Shown here one piece after another: positions 23,164 through 32,900 of a DNA stretch of 64,000 bases. Position 1 is the first letter of the stretch, and the number at the start of each line of letters is the position of its first letter. The stretch spans positions 53,345-117,344 of the forward strand of contig CBDAQV010000010.1 in assembly GCA_965199265.1 (NCBI GenBank), given 5' to 3'. Below the pieces are notes generated by a model, which ran no database searches, was not told the origin of the DNA, and saw only the letters and a list, made by a program, of their open reading frames with translations. A program made the position numbers and the translations under genes. Source of the stretch: Alphaproteobacteria bacterium. Lineage in GTDB: Bacteria; Pseudomonadota; Alphaproteobacteria; CALMVH01.

Positions 23164-23173
23164 AAACCTTTCC

Positions 23174-25924
23174 ATGACCGACCTTACCGCCCCTCTCGGC
23201 CCCCGCACTCCCGGCTCCGACATCGCTCCCGTCGCCATCGAGGAGGAGATGCAGCGCTCGTATCTCGATTACGCGATGAGCGTGATCGTGTCGCGCGCGC
23301 TGCCCGACGTGCGCGACGGGCTGAAGCCGGTGCACCGCCGCATCCTGTACGGCATGCACGCGGGCGGTTATTCCAGCGACAAGAGTTTTAAGAAATCGGC
23401 CAACATCGTCGGCGAGGTGATGGGCCGTTATCACCCGCATGGCGACGCCGCGATCTACGATGCCATGGTCCGCATGGCGCAGGACTTCTCGATGCGGCTG
23501 CCGCTGGTGCAGGGGCAGGGCAATTATGGCTCGGTCGACGGCGATCCGCCGGCGGCGATGCGCTACACCGAGGCGCGCCTCGCCAAAGCCGGCGACGCGC
23601 TGCTGGCCGATATCGAGAAGGAAACCGTCCAGTTCGGCCCGAACTACGACGAGGCGCGCGAGGAGCCGCTGGTCCTGCCGGCGCGTTTTCCCAACCTGCT
23701 GGTGAACGGGTCGGGCGGCATCGCCGTCGGCATGGCGACCAACATCCCGACGCACAATCTTGGCGAGGTGATCGACGCCTGCTTCGCCTACCTCGACAAC
23801 AACGACGTGACCTTCGCCGAGCTGATGGAGATCATGCCAGGTCCGGACTTCCCGACCGGCGGCACCATCCTCGGCCGCTCGGGCATCCGCCAGGCGTTCG
23901 AGACGGGGCACGGCTCGATCCTGATGCGCGCCAAGACCGAGATCGAGGAGCACGGCAAGGACCGCAGCCGCATCATCGTCACCGAAATCCCGTTCCAGGT
24001 GAACAAGGCGACGCTGGTCAAGCGCATCGGCGAGGTGGTGAACGAAAAGATCGTCGAAGGCATCTCCGACGTGCGTGACACGTCGAGCAACCGCGGCGGC
24101 CTCCGCATCGAGATCGACCTGAAGCGTGATGCGGTGCCCGACGTGGTGCTGGCGCAGCTGTTCCGCCACACCGGGCTGCAGACCTCGTTCGGCGTCAACA
24201 TGATGGCGCTGATCGGGGGACGCCCGCGCATGCTGAACGTCAAGGAAGTAATCGCCGCCTTCATCGACTTCCGCGAGGAAGTTATCACGCGTCGGACCAT
24301 CTTCGACCTGAAGCAGGCGCGCATCCGCGCCCACTTGTTGATCGGGCTTGCGATCGCCGTCGCCAACATCGACGAGATCATCGCGGCGATCCGGGCCGCG
24401 CCGGATTCGGTTTCGGCGCGCGAGGCGCTGATGGGCCGTGCCTGGCCAGTCAGCGACGTCGGCCCGCTGGTCGAGCTGATCGGCGAGCCCGGAGCGCGCA
24501 TGGTCCGCGACACGTACACGCTGTCGGAGGAACAGGCGCGCGGCATCCTGGAACTGCGCCTGCAACGCCTGACCGGGCTGGAACGCGACAAGATCGGCTC
24601 GGACCTGAAGAAGGTCAGCGACGACATCCTGGAGCTGCTCTCGATCCTGGCCGACCGCGACAAGCTGCTGGCGATCCTGCGTGCCGAGCTGAGGGAAGTC
24701 CGCGATCAGTTCGCCGAGCCGCGCAAGACGGCGATCGACGATTCCGAGTTCGAAGCGGACATGGAAGATCTGATCCAGCGCGAGGACATGGTCGTGACCG
24801 TCAGCCATGCCGGCTACGTCAAGCGCGTGCCGCTCTCGACCTACCGGGCGCAGCGGCGCGGCGGCAAAGGCCGCACCGGCATGGCGACAAAGGAGGAGGA
24901 CTCGGTCGACGACCTGTTCATCGCCAGCACGCACACGCCGATCCTGTTCTTCACCACGCGCGGCATCGTCTACAAGCTGAAGGTCTACCGCCTGCCGGTC
25001 GGCAACCCGCAATCCAAGGGCAAGGCGCTGATCAACCTGCTGCCGCTGGAGCAGGGGGAGACGGTTTCGACCGTCATGCCGCTGCCGGAGGACGAAACCA
25101 GCTGGGACAGCCTGTCAGTCATGTTCGCGACCAGCATGGGTACCGTGCGGCGCAACAATCTGTCGGACTTCACCAATATCCGCACCAACGGCCTGATCGC
25201 GATGAAGCTGGAGGATGGCGAGCGGCTGATCGCGGTCAAGACCTGCGCCGACAGCGATGACGTGCTGCTGGCGACCAAGCGGGGCAAGTGCATCCGCTTC
25301 GCCATGGACGAGGTGCGCACCTTCATGAGCCGCGCCTCGGTCGGCGTGCGCGGGATCAAGCTGCAGGCGGAGGACGAGATCATCGGCCTGTCCGTGCTGC
25401 ACCATGTCGAGGCAACGCCGGAGGAACGCCAAGCATATTTGCGCCGCGCCAACGCGCTGCGCCGCGCTGCGGGCGAGACGACGGAAGAGCTGGAAACACC
25501 GGCGGAGGACGAGGAAGCCGCGCCCGAAACCGCACTTTCGGACGAGAAGTTCGCCGAGATGCAGGGACGCGAGCAGTTCGTGCTGACGGTTACCGATCGC
25601 GGCTTCGGCAAGCGCACCTCGTCGTACGAATACCGCGTGACGGGCAGGGGTGGGCAGGGGTTCGGCAACATGGACCTGACGCCGCGCAACGGCACGGTGA
25701 TCGCCGCCTTCCCGATCGACGCCGACCACCAGGTCATGCTGGCGACCGACGGCGGGCAGGTCCTGCGCATGAACTTGAGGGAAGTCCGCGTCGCCGGCCG
25801 CCGGACGCAGGGCGTGACCCTCTTCCGCATCGCGGCCGACGAGCAGGTAGTCTCCGCCGCATCCATCCTGGCCGACGAGGAAGGTGAAATCGTCGAGATC
25901 GACGGGCCGGAAAGCCCGCTTTGA
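23174..25924 (+). CDS. gyrA: DNA gyrase subunit A
   Basis: [29 protein letters not shown], GyrA-box QRRGGKG. Confidence 0.98.
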   Translation: MTDLTAPLGPRTPGSDIAPVAIEEEMQRSYLDYAMSVIVSRALPDVRDGLKPVHRRILYGMHAGGYSSDKSFKKSANIVGEVMGRYHPHGDAAIYDAMVRMAQDFSMRLPLVQGQGNYGSVDGDPPAAMRYTEARLAKAGDALLADIEKETVQFGPNYDEAREEPLVLPARFPNLLVNGSGGIAVGMATNIPTHNLGEVIDACFAYLDNNDVTFAELMEIMPGPDFPTGGTILGRSGIRQAFETGHGSILMRAKTEIEEHGKDRSRIIVTEIPFQVNKATLVKRIGEVVNEKIVEGISDVRDTSSNRGGLRIEIDLKRDAVPDVVLAQLFRHTGLQTSFGVNMMALIGGRPRMLNVKEVIAAFIDFREEVITRRTIFDLKQARIRAHLLIGLAIAVANIDEIIAAIRAAPDSVSAREALMGRAWPVSDVGPLVELIGEPGARMVRDTYTLSEEQARGILELRLQRLTGLERDKIGSDLKKVSDDILELLSILADRDKLLAILRAELREVRDQFAEPRKTAIDDSEFEADMEDLIQREDMVVTVSHAGYVKRVPLSTYRAQRRGGKGRTGMATKEEDSVDDLFIASTHTPILFFTTRGIVYKLKVYRLPVGNPQSKGKALINLLPLEQGETVSTVMPLPEDETSWDSLSVMFATSMGTVRRNNLSDFTNIRTNGLIAMKLEDGERLIAVKTCADSDDVLLATKRGKCIRFAMDEVRTFMSRASVGVRGIKLQAEDEIIGLSVLHHVEATPEERQAYLRRANALRRAAGETTEELETPAEDEEAAPETALSDEKFAEMQGREQFVLTVTDRGFGKRTSSYEYRVTGRGGQGFGNMDLTPRNGTVIAAFPIDADHQVMLATDGGQVLRMNLREVRVAGRRTQGVTLFRIAADEQVVSAASILADEEGEIVEIDGPESPL

Positions 25925-26141
25925 GAACGGTCTATCGGTAAATCAGAAACGTTCATCAGGCTGTGTAAGCGACCATCTGAAAATGTAATTCCTCGTCATA
26001 CCGTCCAAATCGTATAGTTAACTTCTGATGAAGCAGCCAAGCCTACAGTTTAGGCAACTGCACTTTTTTTAAATACTAATATCCTGAAGGGCTTTGGAAA
26101 CAAAACTTCCGTCTATCGGTTTATTCTGTTATAAATAAGTT

Positions 26142-27104
26142 ATGGCTGCCGATATAAACGTAATCACGCCTTATCCTACGTCACCGGCCTGCGGTTTTCC
26201 CCGCCCTGCGGAAGCTCTGCTCTCACCCATGCTGAACATTCAAACGGCCGCTCCAACAGGAGCGGCCGTTTCCGTTCCGGAGCATCTCAGGGGATTGACG
26301 CTTGAGGCTCGCGCAGCGCTTTGCAATCCGGTCATTGCCGCGGGTACGAGGCGGTTCCTGGAGCGTAGCGGCATGGACCGCGAAACCGGCATTGGGCTGG
26401 TCCTTGCCGGCCTTCCTTCCGACATGGTCCCGCATTTGAACAGGATGCCCGATCAATTGGAACTGGTGGTCGCCGCGGCCGAGCCTTCGATGAAGACCGA
26501 TTGGCGACTGCAAACGAAGTTATATGAACTGCACCGGGCCGATTATCTTCATTGGACTGCCGAGCGCGCCGCCGAGCAAGGGGCTAAGTTTCATGTCGAG
26601 GCGCGTGTCCCGTCGCGCAACGCCCGGACATCACAGCCCGAGACGACGTTAATGACGCTCGGGCCGGAAAGCATCGTGTGCATGAAGGCAGGCAAGACTC
26701 CGCCAGGCTGGAATGTCGAGCATGTAAGCTGCCGTTACTTGGTGAAGGGGGATGGGCAATCCGCCAACCGGATCGGGAACCTGCAGATCATGCCCGCGGT
26801 GATCAACCGCTGGACGGCGACGCTCGAACAGCTGCAGTTCGAGAGCGGCTTGTTTACGGAAAAATGGAAGTCACCCTCGGCGGTCAAGGCGACTGGCGGT
26901 TCCGACCGGACTTTGATCTTGTGCGCGCGGCCGAAACAAGGACCGTCCCAGGGCTTCCTGTTCTTCGGCGCAAAGGAGCCGCAAACCAGTAATCCTGTCA
27001 TCCTGGCAAAATGGCGTGACCTGGACATCTCGCAATTGCCGCGAACATCGTCTATGATGTTTTCACGGGCGCATCAGGTGATGAGGCCCACTCCTTTCCT
27101 CTGA
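26142..27104 (+). CDS. Hypothetical protein with HNH/HNN-like nuclease motif
   Basis: PPGWNVEH-x11-N-x3-NL-x7-N near 26700-26810; AT-rich upstream region. Confidence 0.55.
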   Translation: MAADINVITPYPTSPACGFPRPAEALLSPMLNIQTAAPTGAAVSVPEHLRGLTLEARAALCNPVIAAGTRRFLERSGMDRETGIGLVLAGLPSDMVPHLNRMPDQLELVVAAAEPSMKTDWRLQTKLYELHRADYLHWTAERAAEQGAKFHVEARVPSRNARTSQPETTLMTLGPESIVCMKAGKTPPGWNVEHVSCRYLVKGDGQSANRIGNLQIMPAVINRWTATLEQLQFESGLFTEKWKSPSAVKATGGSDRTLILCARPKQGPSQGFLFFGAKEPQTSNPVILAKWRDLDISQLPRTSSMMFSRAHQVMRPTPFL

Positions 27105-27115
27105 GACACTCGTAC

Positions 27116-27601
27116 ATGGTTACATCCAGCGGCTTCAGGCAGATCCTGGACCTCTTCACGGTTCCCAACCAGATCATTGCTCCGGACCCTGTAGCTTCCC
27201 GTACCCTGCAGGAAGCCGAATATGTGCTTTCCGAACAGGGTCAGAAACTGCCGGGCGATTACCGCGAGTTCCTCACCGAGGTTAACGGTTTTACGTGGAA
27301 CGGCATCGACATGTTCGGAGTGCCTCCAACCCGTAGCGACATTCACCTGCTGAACGCACAATCGACGATTGATCCGGCCCGCCGGATTGGAAGCGACAAG
27401 CTCATGATCGGGACATCGGAAAGTTACGTGTACCTCCACGACGGGTCGACAAATACATATCACCTTGCGATCCGTCCGAAGTTCGTACTTGAAGCAACCG
27501 CATGGCCAAGCTTTTCGAGCCTGCTTGTCGATATTTTCACGCAGCGGCAGGGAGTACCGCGACCCGGCCCGGCGGGCGGTCCTGTTCTCGGCTTCAACTA
27601 G
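27116..27601 (+). CDS. SMI1/KNR4 (SUKH, YrhA-like) family protein
   Basis: LQEAE..L...KLPGDYREFLTEVNGFTWNGIDMFG signature. Confidence 0.72.
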   Translation: MVTSSGFRQILDLFTVPNQIIAPDPVASRTLQEAEYVLSEQGQKLPGDYREFLTEVNGFTWNGIDMFGVPPTRSDIHLLNAQSTIDPARRIGSDKLMIGTSESYVYLHDGSTNTYHLAIRPKFVLEATAWPSFSSLLVDIFTQRQGVPRPGPAGGPVLGFN

Positions 27602-27666
27602 GTTTACATCATGAGCGCCGGCGCCCGCCAGCTGGAATGGCATTTCTGCTTTGTAGCGATGACCCG

Positions 27667-28209
27667 GTGAACGAGCCGGCGAGCCTTAAGCCGCGGACAG
27701 CGCTCTACCCCGGCACTTTCGACCCGATCACCAACGGCCATCTCGACATCATCCAGCGCTCCCTCAGCCTTTGCGATCGCCTGATTATCGCGGTGGCGGC
27801 CAACGCCGGCAAAGGCCCGATCTTCAGCGCCGACGAGCGTGCCTCTCTGGTCCGGTCCGAGGTTGCGCCGCTGGTTGCTGAGGGTTGCGATGTCACGGTG
27901 GTCACGTTCAGCAACTTGCTGATGCATTTTGCCGCGCAAATGGGGACGGCTATGATCGTGCGCGGCCTACGTGCCGTTTCTGACTTCGAATACGAGTTTC
28001 AGATGGCCGGAATGAACGCCCGCCTTGACCCTAACATCCAGACGGTCTTCCTGATGGCGTCCGACCGGCACCAGTTCATCTCGTCGCGCTTCGTCAAGGA
28101 GATAGGACGGCTCGGCGGCGATATCAGCAAGTTCGTGTCCCCCAACGTCGCCGAACGCTTGGCTGAGCGGTTTGCAAGGGCAGAAGGCCTGCCGACTGCG
28201 GGAGGATAA
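27667..28209 (+). CDS. coaD: Phosphopantetheine adenylyltransferase
   Basis: YPGTFDPITNGHLDII, RGLRAVSDFEYE, ISSRFVKE. Confidence 0.97.
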   Translation: MNEPASLKPRTALYPGTFDPITNGHLDIIQRSLSLCDRLIIAVAANAGKGPIFSADERASLVRSEVAPLVAEGCDVTVVTFSNLLMHFAAQMGTAMIVRGLRAVSDFEYEFQMAGMNARLDPNIQTVFLMASDRHQFISSRFVKEIGRLGGDISKFVSPNVAERLAERFARAEGLPTAGG

Positions 28210-28308
28210 CCAATCCACCTCCGCGCGGCCCTGTCGTATCATCCTTTGCCACCGTGCGAGTTTTACGCTAGAACGCTGAACGCCGACCCGTAAGCGGGAT
28301 CGAACGGC

Positions 28309-28384
28309 GACCGCTTAGCTCAGTCGGTAGAGCAACTGACTTTTAATCAGTAGGTCGTGGGTTCAAGTCCCACAGCGGTCACCA
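28309..28384 (+). tRNA. tRNA-Lys (TTT)
   Basis: GACCGCT/AGCGGTC acceptor stem, anticodon loop CTTTTAA, GTTCAAGTC T-loop, encoded CCA; 76 nt. Confidence 0.97.
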
Positions 28385-28455
28385 ACCCTGCGCGTCACAA
28401 GCCTTATGGTAAAAGGCGATGCCTGACTTGACGCCCAGTGCGGCGCGTTTGCAGA

Positions 28456-29073
28456 TCAGGCCTTGCGATTAAACTTTTTTGCCTGCGTATCCGTGTTCGC
28501 CATAACAGCAGGCGGCTTGTCCGCCATGCTTGGCAGGGCCCCGATCTTTATTCCCATCTTCTGCTCGGCGTCGCGGATCATCCGCTGGTGCATTTCGACC
28601 TTTGGCAAACCTTCCTTTGCGTCCGCCACCAAGCCGAGGTTCATGCCCTTGTCCGCTTCCTCGCTGAAGGCCATGATCGCCTCGCGATGTTCCTTGTCCA
28701 TGATCTGCAGGAACAGGTTGTCGAAATCCGTGGCCGAAGCGTCCTCGAGCTGGCTGATTTCCATCTGATGACCGGCGTCAAGATCGTAGGGCTGGTAAAC
28801 GTCGGCATTGTCGGCGTCCTTGGCGACCACCTTGGAAAGGTACTTGTGATCAGCGATCATACGGTCCGCAATGGCCCGCACCTCCGGGTTGTTGCTGCGA
28901 TCGCGCGCAAGTTTGGACGATTCCATTTCTGTCATACTGCCTTGTGTTGCGAGCACGACGAACAGTCCGTCCTGGCTGGACGCCAAGGGCGGCGACACAT
29001 CGCGAGCATGGGCGCTGACGGGCAGGGCCAACATCAGGCATCCCAAAGCTGCAGTCTTCGCGAATTTGTTCAT
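28456..29073 (-). CDS. DUF4142-family exported protein
   Basis: Signal peptide; EVRAIADRMIADH, FDNLFLQIM..H, LPKVEMH. Confidence 0.82.
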   Translation of the reverse strand: MNKFAKTAALGCLMLALPVSAHARDVSPPLASSQDGLFVVLATQGSMTEMESSKLARDRSNNPEVRAIADRMIADHKYLSKVVAKDADNADVYQPYDLDAGHQMEISQLEDASATDFDNLFLQIMDKEHREAIMAFSEEADKGMNLGLVADAKEGLPKVEMHQRMIRDAEQKMGIKIGALPSMADKPPAVMANTDTQAKKFNRKA

Positions 29074-29112
29074 CTTGACCTCGGACAGGAAGTAAACTGG
29101 TTGGGAATAGGG

Positions 29113-29137
29113 AACCCGCCTGACGAGGCCTTGTTCC
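29113..29137 (-). promoter_or_regulatory. Putative sigma-EcfG (general stress response) promoter
   Basis: Minus strand reads GGAAC-N16-GGTT, about 40 nt upstream of the DUF4142 ATG; consensus is GGAAC-N16/17-(C/G)GTT. Confidence 0.6.
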
Positions 29138-29264
29138 AAGCGATGTCCGAGGTCATGCGCGGGTCGCGTGCGGACGAGGAACTCGCCTTAGCAAGGGGCG
29201 TTGATGTGCTATCCGAAGGACTTCAAGTGTCCGCACAGCCATTTCTCCAGCATGGAAGACAACC

Positions 29265-29831
29265 TTGAAACTCCATATCCTGATCTGCAGCACACGGCCG
29301 ACGCGGAAAGGGCCGGCTGTTGCAAGCTGGTTCCGCCAGTACGCCGCGACGCACGGAAAGTTCGAGAGCGAATTGGTGGACATCGCCGCGTTCGACCTGC
29401 CGGTGTTCGACGAGCCGGAACATCCCGCCAAACGGCAATATGTTCATGAACACACTAAAAACTGGAGCGCCAGCGTCGACGCGGCAGACGCTTTCGTTTT
29501 CGTGATGCCGGAGTACAACCATCACACGCCGCCGGCGCTGCTGAATGCCATGACCTACGTCTATCACGAATGGACATACAAGCCGGTCGGCTTCGTCAGC
29601 TACGCCGGGCTTTCGGGCGGATTGCGCGCGGTCGAGACCACCAGGCAACTGGTCGGCACTTTTCGCATGGTGCCTGTTGTCGAGCAGGTGGCGATTCCTT
29701 TTTTCGAAAAGAAACTCGACAAGGATGACGTCTTGATCTCTGATGAAAAATTGGACAGTTCAGCCAAAGGGTTGCTGGATGAACTTCATAAATGGTCCGA
29801 AGCCCTGAAACCCCTTAGACTCAGGGGCTAA
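29265..29831 (+). CDS. NADPH-dependent FMN reductase
   Basis: ICSTRPTRKG, PEYNH, KPVGFVSY.G.SGG.RA. Confidence 0.92.
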   Translation: MKLHILICSTRPTRKGPAVASWFRQYAATHGKFESELVDIAAFDLPVFDEPEHPAKRQYVHEHTKNWSASVDAADAFVFVMPEYNHHTPPALLNAMTYVYHEWTYKPVGFVSYAGLSGGLRAVETTRQLVGTFRMVPVVEQVAIPFFEKKLDKDDVLISDEKLDSSAKGLLDELHKWSEALKPLRLRG

Positions 29832-29907
29832 CGGCTTCGAACGGCTAACCAATTCTTAGCGTAGGCGGGGTCAAAATGGCGAATTAGAACTCGTCGCGTG
29901 AAGACCC

Positions 29908-32900
29908 ATGGCCAACCTCCTTATTGCGATCATCGGGATAGTCTTTGCCGCCGCGCTGGCCACCGCCGGCATCAGCTACCTGAACCCGAGCGCCTTCGTG
30001 GAGCACCGCCAGGCGACGGCGGGTACGTCGCAGATCGAAGCCCTGGCGGCGGACTACCAGAACCTGTCGATGAACCTCGGGCACAGGCCAACGGCTGCGG
30101 ACTACGCGGCGCAGTATCCGAAGCAGTCCGCCAACTCGCAGTACAGTTACAGTTCAGCCGGGTCGTCCACCACCGTGACCACGAATGCCGACCAGGGAAA
30201 TACCGCCGGCGTCAAGTGGACTTTCGTGCCGGGCTGCGGGACCGCGAGCAACGGCACGGTGCAGGATTGTTTCTGTACCACAATCAGCGACGGTTCGGAT
30301 TTGACCTACAAGGCCGCCAAGATGTCGGCGTTGTCCGAAATGGATTCCACGTCGTTGTCGCGGGTGGAGTACGGATCGAGCTGTTCGGGATCCAACAACG
30401 TCACCGACCCGCATGCGTGGCCCGCCGCAGCCCCCGCAAACGGCTACACCCTGACCCTGCGCATGCAGGGCGGCACGCCGAGCGCGGCAACGGCCACGCC
30501 GTTCTACAGTTATAATCCGGTTCCCGTCACGACATGCCCCCTGGGGTGCGGACAGTCGATTCCGCGCGTGCTGGTTAGCTGGAGCTGTGTACGCTCGGAC
30601 GGTCAGACGGTAGCGCAATCTTACTGCGCGTCCGGACCGCCTACTGACCTCGGTACCTGCCAGGACACAACCTACTGCAGTGTCCAAGGTGCTGCGGTCG
30701 TATCAGGCTATGGTCCTTGCATAGGCGGCGTCCAGACCCTGCAATGGAACTGTTATGCGAACGGGGTCAAGCTCAATTCAAACCAATGCACGCCTCCACC
30801 AAATCTGACCCAGACATGCGGAACCAGTAACAATAATAACAACTACACTTACGCCGTTTCAAATGCCCAGTACGGAACCTGCACGGCCGCGTGCGGCAGC
30901 AGCACAGCGCCTGTCGCAAGCTGGACGTGCGTTCGGAGCGACGGCACGACGGTCTCGCAAAGCGACTGCACCAGCGCGGGCGTGACGCCGGCGGCGACGC
31001 AGGCGTGTACCAGCTACGCGACCTGCGTCGCCAGCAGCCCGGTCTATGGTACCTGCTCAGCGACATGCGGCACCGGCACGGCTCCTCTGGTCAGCTACAC
31101 TTGCGCAGACCTTGCCGGTAATTCGGTGGCCAGCAGCAATTGCCCGTCTCCCGCCAAGACGCAGGCCTGTACGTCGACGACTTCGTGCACCTACACCGCC
31201 AATGCGTCGACTTACGGAACGTGCACGCCCGCCTGCGGCAGCAGCGTGGCGGCGGCCGGCAGCAACTGGACATGCATGCAATCGGACGGTACCAGCGTCA
31301 GCCAGTCGGTCTGCCTCGCGCACGGGGTTTCGCCGACGTCGCAGGCTTGTACGAACTATTCGCTGTGCACGCCCGAAAACGTGGTCTACTCGCCCACATG
31401 CTCTAACACATGCGGCACGGGGACGGAGGCGTTGCAGTCCTGGACCTGCGGGTTCCTGGCGCAAACCGCCAGCCAGTCGCAATGCACCGCGCCCGCAGCC
31501 ACGCAGGCCTGCACCGGCTACAGCGGATGCAGCTACACGGCCAGCAACCCGACGGCGTACGGCTCTTGCTCGACAACATGCGGAACAGGCACGCAAACGG
31601 CAACGGCGTTCACCTGTACACGCTCGGACGGAACCGTCGTGGCGCAAAGCAACTGCACCGCGCCGACCACGAGCTGCACAAGCACGTCGCAATGTGTCCT
31701 GCATAACTCCTACGGTCCCTGCTCTGCCACTTGCGGAGCCGGAACCCAGACTTTGAAGGGTTCCACCTGCACAGACAGCAACGGCAACTCAGCGCCCACT
31801 GCAGATTGCAAGACGCCTCCCAGCACCTTGATATGCACCAGCACGTCGGGTTGCAGCTACGTAGCTGGGCTGCCTTCGGCGTGGGGCGCTTGCTCGACGA
31901 CCTGCGGCGTCGGCACGCAGACCGCAACCACCTATCCCTGCACCCGTTCGGATGGCACGTCCGAGCCGCAGGGCGACTGCACCGCCCCGGTGCGCGCCTG
32001 CACCAGCACCACACAGTGCATTCCGCATGCAAGCTACGGATCCTGCTCGTCGACGTGCGGGACCGGTACGCAGGTGCTTCTGCCGGGCTGGACGTGCACG
32101 GACAGCACCGGCAATGCAGCGCCGGCTCTGAACTACTGCACCGCGCCCATCGGCATTGCCTCTTGTACGGTTACGAGCGGCTGCAGCTACACCGCCAGCA
32201 ATCCGACAGCGTACGGATCGTGCTCGACAACCTGCGGAACGGGTACGCAAACCGCGACCGCGTTCACTTGCACCCGCTCCGACGGAACGTCCGAGCCCTT
32301 GAGCGCCTGCACGGCGCCGACGAAGAGCTGCAGCAGCAACACAGGCTGCGTCGCAACCCCCACCTACGGCGCCTGCAACACGACCTGCGGCACCGGCACG
32401 CAGACGCTCACCTCGTGGACGTGCGACACGAGCGGCGGCAGCGTCGTGACGCCGGCCAGCACCTACTGCCCGACGCCGCCGGCCAGCAGCGAAAGCTGTA
32501 CCGCCACGTCCGGGTGCACCTATACCGCCAGCGGCGGTTCGAACTGGGGCGCCTGCTCGACAACCTGCGGAACGGGAACGCAGACGGCCGGCACGTTCAC
32601 GTGTAAAAGGTCGGACGGAACCGTGGTCGCCGCAAGCAACTGTACCGCGCCCACTCAAAGCTGCACGAGCACTTCGCAATGCGTGGTTCACGCCAGCTAC
32701 GGAGCATGCAATGCGACTTGCGGCGCCGGGACCGAGGCCTTGAACAGTTCGTGGACCTGCACCGACGCGAACGGCAATGCCGCACCGACACGCAGCGACT
32801 GCACCGCCCCGGCAGGCAGCATGGCCTGCAGCGCGTACACCGGTTGTACCTATGCCGCGAGCGCGCCTACGGCCTGGGGTGCGTGTTCCAGTACCTGCGG

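Noticed and set aside
23039-25012. 657-aa minus-strand ORF, and similar long shadow ORFs (33749-35812, 16259-17575, 60769-61815, 31789-33087)
   Set aside because: They are antisense to clear genes, carry no motifs, and are expected in high-GC coding DNA
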